NCBI GenBank assembly: GCA_028867845.1
Contig: JAGWFU010000001.1
Coordinates: 1 to 32,342 of the forward strand
Direction of reading: 5' to 3'
DNA: 32,342 nucleotides
Origin: Candidatus Micrarchaeota archaeon
GTDB lineage: Archaea; Micrarchaeota; Micrarchaeia; Micrarchaeales; Micrarchaeaceae
This document shows positions 7,148 to 14,761 of this stretch, in pieces; positions within the stretch are counted from its first letter, which is position 1, and every line of letters starts with the position of its first letter. The notes under the pieces were generated by a model. That model was not told where the DNA came from and did not search any database. It worked only from the letters and a program-made list of their open reading frames with translations. A program made the translations under genes and the position numbers.

Positions 7148-8445
7148 CTGTTCTCTATCCTAAGGATTGCGCCAAGCCCGCGCATGTCCCTCAAGAATTT
7201 GGGGTAAGACACGGCTGCGCAGTCAGGGTCCATCACCGAGGTGTCCCCTACCAGCATGCCCGCCATTGTGTACACCATGAACAGCCTGTGGTCTCCCCCC
7301 ATCTTCGGCCGCGTTCTTGGATCCAGGATTGCACCGTGAAGTTTACCTTCTGTCCTTATCCACAGGCCGTCACGGTTCTCCTTCACTGTCGCGCCGAGCT
7401 TGGGCAGCTCCCTGCAGAGCATGGCTATCCTGTCGGTCTCCTTGTGCCTTGCGTGCTCCACGCCCTCTATCAGTATGCCCTCCCTCGACTTCAGCCCTAG
7501 TATGGCCATGGGCGGCAGCAGGTCCGGCGCGTCTGAGAGGTCCACCTTGCCTCCGCCAATGCTGCCCGCTTTCGCACGTATCATGTGCCCATTCATACGT
7601 ACGTCGCCGCCCAGTCTCCTGACAACGTCAATAAAAACAGTATCGGATTGCGGCATCCCGTCCACCGGCGAGAATATCTCGATGCCGCCCTCTCCCACAA
7701 GTATGCCGGCTGCAATCAGCATTGCCATGCTGGAATGGTCGGGCGGCACGTTGAACACCGTCCTCTTGTAATTGGAATTCTCCACCCTGTACCTCCTGTA
7801 CGGCTCCATGGCCAGCACGTCCACCCCGAACCTCTTCATGGAGGCTATGGTGGCGTCGAGGTAGGTCTTCGACACCTGTTCGCCCTCCACGTTCGCCGTC
7901 AGCCCGTTCCTCATGCGCGGCCCTGCTATGAGGAATCCTGACAAGAACTGGCTTGAGACCGTGCCGTCTATGGTAATACTGCCGCCTACTGCCGGCCCCT
8001 CTATCCTCATGGGGAGCCTGCCGTCCGTAGTCTTGCACGAGACCCCAAGTTCCCTCATCGGCCTCTCGATCGGCCCCATGGGCCTGGATTGGAGGCTCGA
8101 GTCCCCATCGACCACAACCATCTCATCGTAAAGCCCGGCTATGGCTGCGGATATCCTTGCAGTGGTCCCTGAGTTGCCAGCCTCCACCTTTGGGACCATC
8201 CTCATCTTGCGCTCGCTGGTGCCCTCCACAACTACGGTGCTGCCGTTTATCGTCACGCCTGCCCCGAAGACGCGTGCCGCCCCTATGCTGGACCATATGT
8301 CGTCCGATATCAGGGCGTTGTTTATCGTACTGACGCCATCAGCCATGCTCGCCAGGAACACGCCCCTGTGGGTATAGCTCTTGTTTGGCGGGACAGACAC
8401 TGCGCCTGCTAGGCCCGACCTCTCAACCCTGCATACGGAGACCAT
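7144..8445 (-). CDS. aroA: 3-phosphoshikimate 1-carboxyvinyltransferase (EPSP synthase)
   Basis: 433 aa. The N-terminal motif is VSVPPNKSYTHRGVFLASMADG (the P.SKS.SHR motif). GNSGTTARI is also present, and the length and two-domain glycine-rich pattern are typical of AroA. Confidence 0.9.
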   Translation of the reverse strand: MVSVCRVERSGLAGAVSVPPNKSYTHRGVFLASMADGVSTINNALISDDIWSSIGAARVFGAGVTINGSTVVVEGTSERKMRMVPKVEAGNSGTTARISAAIAGLYDEMVVVDGDSSLQSRPMGPIERPMRELGVSCKTTDGRLPMRIEGPAVGGSITIDGTVSSQFLSGFLIAGPRMRNGLTANVEGEQVSKTYLDATIASMKRFGVDVLAMEPYRRYRVENSNYKRTVFNVPPDHSSMAMLIAAGILVGEGGIEIFSPVDGMPQSDTVFIDVVRRLGGDVRMNGHMIRAKAGSIGGGKVDLSDAPDLLPPMAILGLKSREGILIEGVEHARHKETDRIAMLCRELPKLGATVKENRDGLWIRTEGKLHGAILDPRTRPKMGGDHRLFMVYTMAGMLVGDTSVMDPDCAAVSYPKFLRDMRGLGAILRIENS

Positions 8446-8552
8446 GGAAGGAATCTGATTCCAGGGGTTAAAAGGCTTTTCTCCAACTGGCCCTTTTCGG
8501 GGCCAAAAACCAGGTCTGCAAAAGCTGAAAGGAAGTAAAAACCCCCGTAGAT

Positions 8553-8566
8553 ATGCTTTAAATACT
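8553..8566 (+). promoter_or_regulatory. Putative TATA promoter for the radical SAM operon
   Basis: ATGCTTTAAATACT lies about 45 nt upstream of ATG 8607. A GGTG Shine-Dalgarno-like element lies 8-11 nt before the ATG. Confidence 0.4.
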
Positions 8567-8606
8567 TTGAATGGCCTATTCTAGCTGTAGTTAGTGGTTG
8601 ATATAG

Positions 8607-10658
8607 ATGGCTAATGTTAACGAAATCAAGGTCGAGGGCGTAAAGGCCCAGGTGCAGACTCAGACCCAGGTGCAGCCGCAGGCGCAGCAGCCCATGGATC
8701 CCGCCCTGGCACCCTACCACAGGACCATGGAGGAGATAGAGGCCATGCCTGTGATAGAGAAGACCATGACGGTATGCCCTGAGTGCAAGCTCATAGTCAA
8801 CGGAATAATATACAAGGACGGGGACAACGTGATGATAAGGAAGCACTGCCCCGAGCACAACTGGACAATTGAGAAATATTGGGAAGACTACGACATGTAC
8901 ATGAAGATGAGGCGTTACAATTACTTCGGAAGGGGATTCGACAACCCCAACTTCATAACCGAGACGAAGGGGGCGAACTGCCCCTTCGACTGCGGAATGT
9001 GCGAGAGGCACAAGTCCCACACCGGATTGGCCAACGTCGTGGTAACGAACAGGTGCCACCTGTCGTGCTGGTACTGCTTCTTCTATGCGAAGGAGGGAGA
9101 GCCGATCTACGAGCCCTCCACTGACGAGCTCAGGAAGATATTCAAGAACCTGAGGAACCAGAAGCCCATACCTGCCAACGCGCTCCAGATAACTGGAGGA
9201 GAGCCGACCATGCACCCCGACATAGTGGGTGTAATCCAGGCGGCGAAGGAGGAGGGATTCGACCAGATCCAGCTCAACACGACTGGAATAAACCTTGCGC
9301 TGAACCCTGAGCTGGCGTACAAGATAAAGCACGCGGGCGCGGGAACTCTGTACCTCAGCTACGACGGAGTGAGCAAGAGGGCGAACCCCAAGAACCACTG
9401 GGAGGCCCCGCTCACGCTGGACGTGGCGAGGAAGGCCCACATAAACGTGGTGCTGGTACCCACTGTAATAAGGACGATAAACGACCACGAGCTGGGCTCG
9501 ATAATCAACTTCGCGCTCAACAACACCGACGTCATAAAGGCGGTGAACTTCCAGCCGGTATCGCTGGTGGGAAGGATGCCTACGAGGCTGAGGGAGAAGC
9601 AGAGGATATCGATTCCGGGAGCGATCAAGCTGATAGAGAAGCAGACCAACGGCGTGATAAGGAAGGAGCACTGGTTCTCGGTGCCTTACGTCGGAGGGAT
9701 AAACAAGTTCATAGAGGCGCTCACTGGAGAGTACAAGTACGACCTCTCCATACACTTCGCGTGCGGAGCTGGCTGCTACATATTCCTCGACAGCGACAAC
9801 AAGATAATACCGGTCACTGAGTTCGTCGACGCCGCAGGAATGCTCGACCACCTGCAGAAGGCGGTCAACGAGATGGAGGGCAAGGGCAAGCTCGCGAGGA
9901 AGGCCATCGCGGTCAAGACGCTTCTGGGCATAACCAAGTTCATAGACAAGAAGAAGCAGCCCAAGTCGGTCAACTTCATGAAGCTGCTGATGTCGATATT
10001 CACGAAGCACGACTTCGGCTCGATGGGAACGCTGCAGATGAAGTCCCTCTTCTTGGGGATGATGCACTTCCAGGACGAGTACACATACGACATCCACAGG
10101 GTCGAGAAGTGCGACATACACTACGCGATGCCCGACGGAGAGGTTCTCCCGTTCTGCACGTTCAACGTCTTCCCAGAGGTATACAGGGACAAGGTGCAGA
10201 AGCAGTACTCAATCCCGACCAAGGAGTGGAGCAAGACCCACCCGAGCTGGGGATACTCCAAGGACAAGTACATAAGGAACGTCAAGGAGTGGGAGGCCAC
10301 AGAGCCTTACAGGAGGACCTACGGCATGATGAAGGACTACTTCGCCATGCAGGTAAACGGAGGGATTCCGGTGGCGAACTTCGCCAACGAGAAGTTCGAC
10401 GGAGTTGCACCAGCAGTCGCTGCAAAGCAGCAGGTCGCCGTTATGGCAGCACAGCCTGCAGCTCACCAGGAGCAGACCATGAAGGTCGCTCCCTCTACTG
10501 CAGCTACTCATGCAGCAGTCCACCACGCCCACGAGGAGCACTCCGAGAAGAAGGAGGGAGACTCATGCGGCTGCGGAGGCGGGTCATGCGGATGCGGCAA
10601 GGGAGCCGAGGCTGAGGGCGATTCGTGCGGCTGCGGAAGCGGCTCGTGCGGATGCTGA
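8607..10658 (+). CDS. tes: Radical SAM protein of the tetraether lipid synthase (Tes/GDGT-MAS)-like type, with an added C-terminal His- and Cys-Gly-rich tail
   Basis: N-terminal zinc-ribbon/rubredoxin-like CPECK...(22 aa)...CPEH. A second Cys cluster is CPFDCGMCERH. The radical SAM CX3CX2C motif is NRCHLSCWYCF, and the SAM-binding GGEP is ITGGEPT. The C-terminal conserved block is GMMHFQDEYTYDIHRVEKCDIHYAMPDGEVLPFCTFNV. As I recall it, this architecture is that of Tes-family enzymes. The family assignment is from memory, not from a search. Confidence 0.7.
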   Translation: MANVNEIKVEGVKAQVQTQTQVQPQAQQPMDPALAPYHRTMEEIEAMPVIEKTMTVCPECKLIVNGIIYKDGDNVMIRKHCPEHNWTIEKYWEDYDMYMKMRRYNYFGRGFDNPNFITETKGANCPFDCGMCERHKSHTGLANVVVTNRCHLSCWYCFFYAKEGEPIYEPSTDELRKIFKNLRNQKPIPANALQITGGEPTMHPDIVGVIQAAKEEGFDQIQLNTTGINLALNPELAYKIKHAGAGTLYLSYDGVSKRANPKNHWEAPLTLDVARKAHINVVLVPTVIRTINDHELGSIINFALNNTDVIKAVNFQPVSLVGRMPTRLREKQRISIPGAIKLIEKQTNGVIRKEHWFSVPYVGGINKFIEALTGEYKYDLSIHFACGAGCYIFLDSDNKIIPVTEFVDAAGMLDHLQKAVNEMEGKGKLARKAIAVKTLLGITKFIDKKKQPKSVNFMKLLMSIFTKHDFGSMGTLQMKSLFLGMMHFQDEYTYDIHRVEKCDIHYAMPDGEVLPFCTFNVFPEVYRDKVQKQYSIPTKEWSKTHPSWGYSKDKYIRNVKEWEATEPYRRTYGMMKDYFAMQVNGGIPVANFANEKFDGVAPAVAAKQQVAVMAAQPAAHQEQTMKVAPSTAATHAAVHHAHEEHSEKKEGDSCGCGGGSCGCGKGAEAEGDSCGCGSGSCGC

Positions 10659-10693
10659 GACGCAGCTTCGCTACTAATTAGTCAGTGCTTCAT

Positions 10694-11389
10694 ATGGACC
10701 ATACAACTGCAGGACCGGAGGCAAAGCAGGCGGAGGAGGAGAACGCAAACTTCAACGCCTACGTCACCGAGGATGGCAAGCAGTACAGGGTCCCATACAG
10801 GATGATTAAGAGGCTAATTTTCTCCAACGTCAAGAAGGAGGAGCTGCAGGACATACAGCACTCAGCAAGATTGCAGTACAGGCTCATGCTGATGGATCCA
10901 GTGATCAAGGCGAACGTCAACTTCACCAAGAGGATCATAACGATTCTGTACAACCCCAAGACTGCGGAGAACATAAGGGAGAAGACCAGCAGCGAGGAGC
11001 TCATCCAGTTCCTCGCCAAGCAGGGGGTAAACGTCGACACCAACTCGATGGCCGAGGAGGACTACGACTACTACAAGAACCTCTACACCTACGCCTACAT
11101 GCCCCCCACGATCAGGGAGACAACTCCATACGGATACACGAAGGAAGAGTGGCTCAAGATAAGGGACGACTGGAAGACGAAGATGACGAAGGTCGAGGCC
11201 GGCAAGCTGGGCAAGCACAGGGAGTGGCAGGACAGCTACCTTGAGGAGAATCCCGAGATAGCCAAGGTGATAGCGCCCGAGTTCAAGCCCAAGGCCGCGG
11301 CGGTGGTCAAGAAGTCGCTGCTCGGCGGCATATTGGGGAACAAGGAGGCCAAGAAGAAGGAGAAGGGATTCTGGTTCCACGGAATCTGA
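10694..11389 (+). CDS. Hypothetical protein with an HMA (ferredoxin-like)-fold-like segment lacking the CxxC metal site, and a Lys-rich C-terminus
   Basis: ATG at 10694 (the track begins at GTG 10685). DPVIKANVNFTKRIITILYNPKTAENIREKTSSEELIQFLAKQGVNV resembles the GV..v.V.l....a.V.Yd......eel..ai..aGy half of heavy-metal-associated domains. No Cys occurs where GMxCxxC would be. Codon usage is typical of this window. Confidence 0.55.
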   Translation: MDHTTAGPEAKQAEEENANFNAYVTEDGKQYRVPYRMIKRLIFSNVKKEELQDIQHSARLQYRLMLMDPVIKANVNFTKRIITILYNPKTAENIREKTSSEELIQFLAKQGVNVDTNSMAEEDYDYYKNLYTYAYMPPTIRETTPYGYTKEEWLKIRDDWKTKMTKVEAGKLGKHREWQDSYLEENPEIAKVIAPEFKPKAAAVVKKSLLGGILGNKEAKKKEKGFWFHGI

Positions 11390-11404
11390 TTTTTCAGTGA
11401 GCGG

Positions 11405-12085
11405 ATGCAGAAGACACTCGTACTTATAGACCCGGACAGGGCGCTGGTCAGGGAGGCCAAGAACGTATCCCAGTACTACATGGAGGGGATAAGGATGGTC
11501 TACGGCGTCTACATGGAGGACATAAACCTCGACGAGTTCGTGGGCAGGACGACGCAGGAGACTGTGATAGAGCTGCTCCAGAGGAACGGAGTGCCGCAGG
11601 AGGAGATAAACGAGAAGCTCCACGTATTCGCGGAAGAGCTGCCGTACGAGCACTACAACGTAGCGGGCCACGACGCCGCCATTCTTGGCGACGGGACAAA
11701 GGACGCTTTAGAGAGATTGTCTAAGGACAACGACATAATATTGGGCGCGGCATCGGGCCAGCTAGAGAGGATACTCAAGAACATGTTCGAGCGTGCAGGG
11801 CTGAAGATGGAGTCGTATTTCAAGTTCGGAGCGTACGGCGACGCGGCGGTAGGGATGGAGGGCATACTCAACGCAGCCCTGGGCAAGGCGAACGGATTCG
11901 GCATTCCGAAGGAGAGGATATTCTTTGTCGGGTACTCGCCGCAGTCCATAACGGCTGCAAAGGCGCTGGGCATACGCACCATCGGCATATCCACTGACTA
12001 CTTCTTCAAGGAGCAGCTATCCCACGCCGGGGCAGAGCAGGTTACGAAGAGCCCGAGGGACATACCTAAGCTTACCAGAAACTGA
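11405..12085 (+). CDS. HAD-superfamily hydrolase-like protein (phosphoglycolate phosphatase-like fold) with degenerate motifs
   Basis: Motif I-like LVLIDPDRAL (DxD present, GT absent). A cap-like helical region follows. Motif II-like ILGAASGQ. The motif IV region is FFVGYSPQSITAAKALGIRTIGIS, where canonical proteins have VGDS..DI.AA..AG. It starts 15 nt after the preceding gene. Confidence 0.55.
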   Translation: MQKTLVLIDPDRALVREAKNVSQYYMEGIRMVYGVYMEDINLDEFVGRTTQETVIELLQRNGVPQEEINEKLHVFAEELPYEHYNVAGHDAAILGDGTKDALERLSKDNDIILGAASGQLERILKNMFERAGLKMESYFKFGAYGDAAVGMEGILNAALGKANGFGIPKERIFFVGYSPQSITAAKALGIRTIGISTDYFFKEQLSHAGAEQVTKSPRDIPKLTRN

Positions 12086-12093
12086 GCCGCAGG

Positions 12094-12110
12094 AAGATAC
12101 CTATTTATAC
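12094..12110 (+). promoter_or_regulatory. Putative BRE/TATA promoter for the pilin-like adhesin gene
   Basis: AAGATACCTATTTATAC lies about 30-35 nt upstream of the GTG 12134 / TTG 12143 candidate starts, which suggests a leaderless or short-leader transcript. Confidence 0.4.
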
Positions 12111-12142
12111 CTGCGATTTCCCATAGCTAATCGAGTGATTCG

Positions 12143-14761
12143 TTGGAAGGCAGGGTCAAGGCGCAATCCGCGATGGAGTATCTCTCCACCTACGGCTGGG
12201 CGATACTCGTAATAGTGATTGTCGCAGCGCTTCTGTACCTGTACTCCTCGACGCCATCAACCGTCGTACCCACCTCCTGCAAATTCATAAGCGGGGTGTA
12301 CTGCAACGACATAGTGCTGGGCACCAACGCGATGACCAAGGCCACTACGGTCGGGCTGTTCCTAACTAACTCCCAACCCTACCCTATGGCCAAGCCCTAC
12401 TTCTTCGCGAAGGTCGCGGGCGCGAACACCACAGGCACATCATGCTCGCCCAACTACGTCCTCGCCGGAGGCTCAATGGTCTGCGTGCTCAACCTGCCAG
12501 TATCAACCACGATGGGCCAGTTCCTTGCAGGCAACCTTTACCTGAATGCGACTTACTGCGGGCTGCAGCCCAACTACTCGCAGGCGAACCTGTGCAACAC
12601 AGCGCCAAGGCAGACCTACATAGGGATCTTCAATTCGCACGCAGAGCCGCTCATAAGCACTAACACTATAATAACTCTGGCAGCCGCCAACGCCACGCAG
12701 TCGGCCAACGGCGCGCTTGACCCGCTGATAGCTACTGTCACGCTTCTCGGATACCCGCTCTCAGGGGCGTCTGTGAACTTCACGGCGAACGTCCCCGGCT
12801 ATCCACTGTCGCCCAACTTCACGACTACGAACACCACAGGGAAGGCACTCAGCCACATATCAGGCACCAGGACAGGCAACGTGCTCGTGACCGCAGCGTA
12901 CGCAGGTGAGGACGCCAACGCTGTGGTGCAGTTCGTGCCTGCGACAAACGTAAAGTTCGCTGTCACGGGATTCCCCTACTGCTCTACAGCAGGCCAGATA
13001 ATAACTATCGACGGGACTGGTTACACCTGCGGCCAACTCACATCGACGACCTTTTCGTGGGGCGCTGGAAGCGTCCACTCCTGCGTAGTCAACGCGATAG
13101 TGCCTGACACCTCAACCATAAGGGGGGCGTGCAAGACCACTGGAGTCTACTGCTCGGCGAACTCCAACGCCGTCATAACGATCAACTGCACGCCCCAGTA
13201 CTACCTCACCGAGTCCGCAAGCCCGCCCGCCGGCGGGTCTATATCCCCCGGCAGCAACTGGTACAACAACACCACTCCTGTAAGCATAAGCACGGCCAAC
13301 AGCGTGGGATACACCTTCCAGGGATGGGCAGGCTCAGGCACCGTGTCCTACACCGGCTCCTCCAACCCCGCCACAGTGACGATGGACTCGCCGGTTGCCG
13401 AGCAGGCCACATACTCGCTGCAGGCGACGTTCTTCGAGAGCGGCCTCGCCGGCGGCACATCGTGGGCAGTGACGCTCAACGGCAACACCCTCTCCACTAC
13501 GGGCACGTCCATAACCTTCACCGGCCTGCCGTCTGGCTCGTTCCCGTGGAGCACCAACGCCGTGGTATCCTGCGGCACTGGGTGCCAGTACCTGGCGTCG
13601 CCCACATCGGGCATGGTATCGACTACGGGCGGTTCCGCGTCCCAGACGGTAACATACACGCCCCAGTACTACCTCACGATGGCAGCTGGGGCAAACGGGG
13701 CTGTCTCGCCATCGAGCGAGTGGCAGAACTCTGGCAACGTGGTGACCATAACAGCCACGCCCAACGCCAATTTTGCGTTTAGCGGCTGGACAGGCACTGG
13801 TTCGGGTTCCTACTCCGGGACAGCGAACCCCTCTACAGTGACAATGAACGGGGCGGTATCGGAGACCGCAGCATTCGCATTCCAGACTACTTACAATCCC
13901 GCGAGCGGCAACTACGCCGGCGATGTGATATTCAGCTCGTCCACAACACTTACCGGCGCCGTCATCGCCTCTAACATGGTGCTGGTGCAGAGCGGCGTTA
14001 CCGTTAATGAGAATGGTCAGTATCTGGAGGGCAACATACTGGTGCAGAATGTGGGCACTATCAATGATGGCTATGACGGCGGCGCCGGAGGTGCTGGGGG
14101 CACTGCTGGTGGCACAGGCGGCAACGGCGGGGCAGGTGGCGCACTAAAAAGCATGACAAGTGCATATTTCAGCCAAATGCTTACAGGTGGACATGGTGGC
14201 AATGGCGGCGGGGGCGGGGGCGGGGACTGCAGCTATTGCGGCAGCGCCTATGGCGGTATTGGTGGTGCTGGCGGAGCGGGAGGAGGCATAGTTCAAATTT
14301 ATTCAGGAAATGTGATTAACCAAGGAATAGTCACTGTTAGCGGCGGCAATGGGCTGCCTGGTGGCTCGGTGAGCGGGGCAGGTGGCGGGGGCGGCGGGGC
14401 AGGTGGCGGGGGCGGCACAATCTTGATAGGGTACGGTGGTAGCTTTACCGCAGGCACGCTATACTATGGCAAGGGTACCGACGCCATTGGTGGAACAGGA
14501 ACCGGCGGTTCAATTACAGAAGGTTCTGGCGGTTCTACTGGTGGAGGCGGAGGAGGCCAAGGCACGACCATCCCATCAGGCAGCCCCTGCAACGAATATA
14601 TAGGAGGAAGTGGCGGCAACGGCGGTGGCGGCGCTGCAGGCGGTGCTGGCGGGGTAGGAAACAACTGCGGCCCATCTAGCCCTGCCGGCGGCAACGGGGC
14701 CTCTGGGACCAATACAAATTCTGCTGGGCAACTGATTACAAAATCGGGATGGACGCCTTAA
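12143..14761 (+). CDS. Giant type IV pilin-like (class III signal peptide) surface protein/adhesin. Modules: pilin-like N-domain, Ig-like (Big_1-like) domain, InlB-B-repeat-like modules and a glycine-rich C-terminal region.
   Basis: The N-terminus (M)EGRVKA|QSAMEYLSTYGWAILVIVIVAALLYLY is a short basic leader, then Q-x-S-x-E-Y/L and a hydrophobic helix, as in archaeal prepilins (E at +5). The start must be non-ATG (TTG 12143 or in-frame GTG 12134, just after a TAA at 12128), because ATG 12173 would delete the leader. Big_1-like segment: LIATVTLLGYPLSGASVNFTAN...TTNTTGKALSHISGTRTGNVLVTAAYAG. Two InlB-B-repeat-like units: TPQYYLT....GYTFQGWAGSG...SNPATVTMDSPV...ATY and FAFSGWTGTGSGSYSGTANPSTVTMNGAVSETAAF. 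The C-terminal ~250 aa are (GGx)n-rich with interspersed beta-strand-like IVQIYSGNVINQGIVTVSGGNG and TILIGYGG. Confidence 0.8.
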   Translation: MEGRVKAQSAMEYLSTYGWAILVIVIVAALLYLYSSTPSTVVPTSCKFISGVYCNDIVLGTNAMTKATTVGLFLTNSQPYPMAKPYFFAKVAGANTTGTSCSPNYVLAGGSMVCVLNLPVSTTMGQFLAGNLYLNATYCGLQPNYSQANLCNTAPRQTYIGIFNSHAEPLISTNTIITLAAANATQSANGALDPLIATVTLLGYPLSGASVNFTANVPGYPLSPNFTTTNTTGKALSHISGTRTGNVLVTAAYAGEDANAVVQFVPATNVKFAVTGFPYCSTAGQIITIDGTGYTCGQLTSTTFSWGAGSVHSCVVNAIVPDTSTIRGACKTTGVYCSANSNAVITINCTPQYYLTESASPPAGGSISPGSNWYNNTTPVSISTANSVGYTFQGWAGSGTVSYTGSSNPATVTMDSPVAEQATYSLQATFFESGLAGGTSWAVTLNGNTLSTTGTSITFTGLPSGSFPWSTNAVVSCGTGCQYLASPTSGMVSTTGGSASQTVTYTPQYYLTMAAGANGAVSPSSEWQNSGNVVTITATPNANFAFSGWTGTGSGSYSGTANPSTVTMNGAVSETAAFAFQTTYNPASGNYAGDVIFSSSTTLTGAVIASNMVLVQSGVTVNENGQYLEGNILVQNVGTINDGYDGGAGGAGGTAGGTGGNGGAGGALKSMTSAYFSQMLTGGHGGNGGGGGGGDCSYCGSAYGGIGGAGGAGGGIVQIYSGNVINQGIVTVSGGNGLPGGSVSGAGGGGGGAGGGGGTILIGYGGSFTAGTLYYGKGTDAIGGTGTGGSITEGSGGSTGGGGGGQGTTIPSGSPCNEYIGGSGGNGGGGAAGGAGGVGNNCGPSSPAGGNGASGTNTNSAGQLITKSGWTP
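14373..14414 (+). repeat. Perfect 2 x 21-nt tandem duplication inside the glycine-rich coding region
   Basis: GCGGGGCAGGTGGCGGGGGCG at 14373-14393 is repeated exactly at 14394-14414. It encodes GAGGGGG twice. Confidence 0.9.

Noticed and set aside
8409-10121. A 570-aa ORF on the minus strand, antisense to the radical SAM gene. Similar long antisense ORFs occur at 10862-11671, 20081-20824, 22028-22618, 23066-23716, 25000-25566, 25161-25727 and 30703-31374.
   Set aside because: Each lies opposite a gene with clear family motifs. Their products are Arg/Leu/His/Val-rich low-information sequences. They use codons atypical for this window. Stop-free antisense frames are an expected by-product of the strong RNY/GC3 codon bias of the sense genes.
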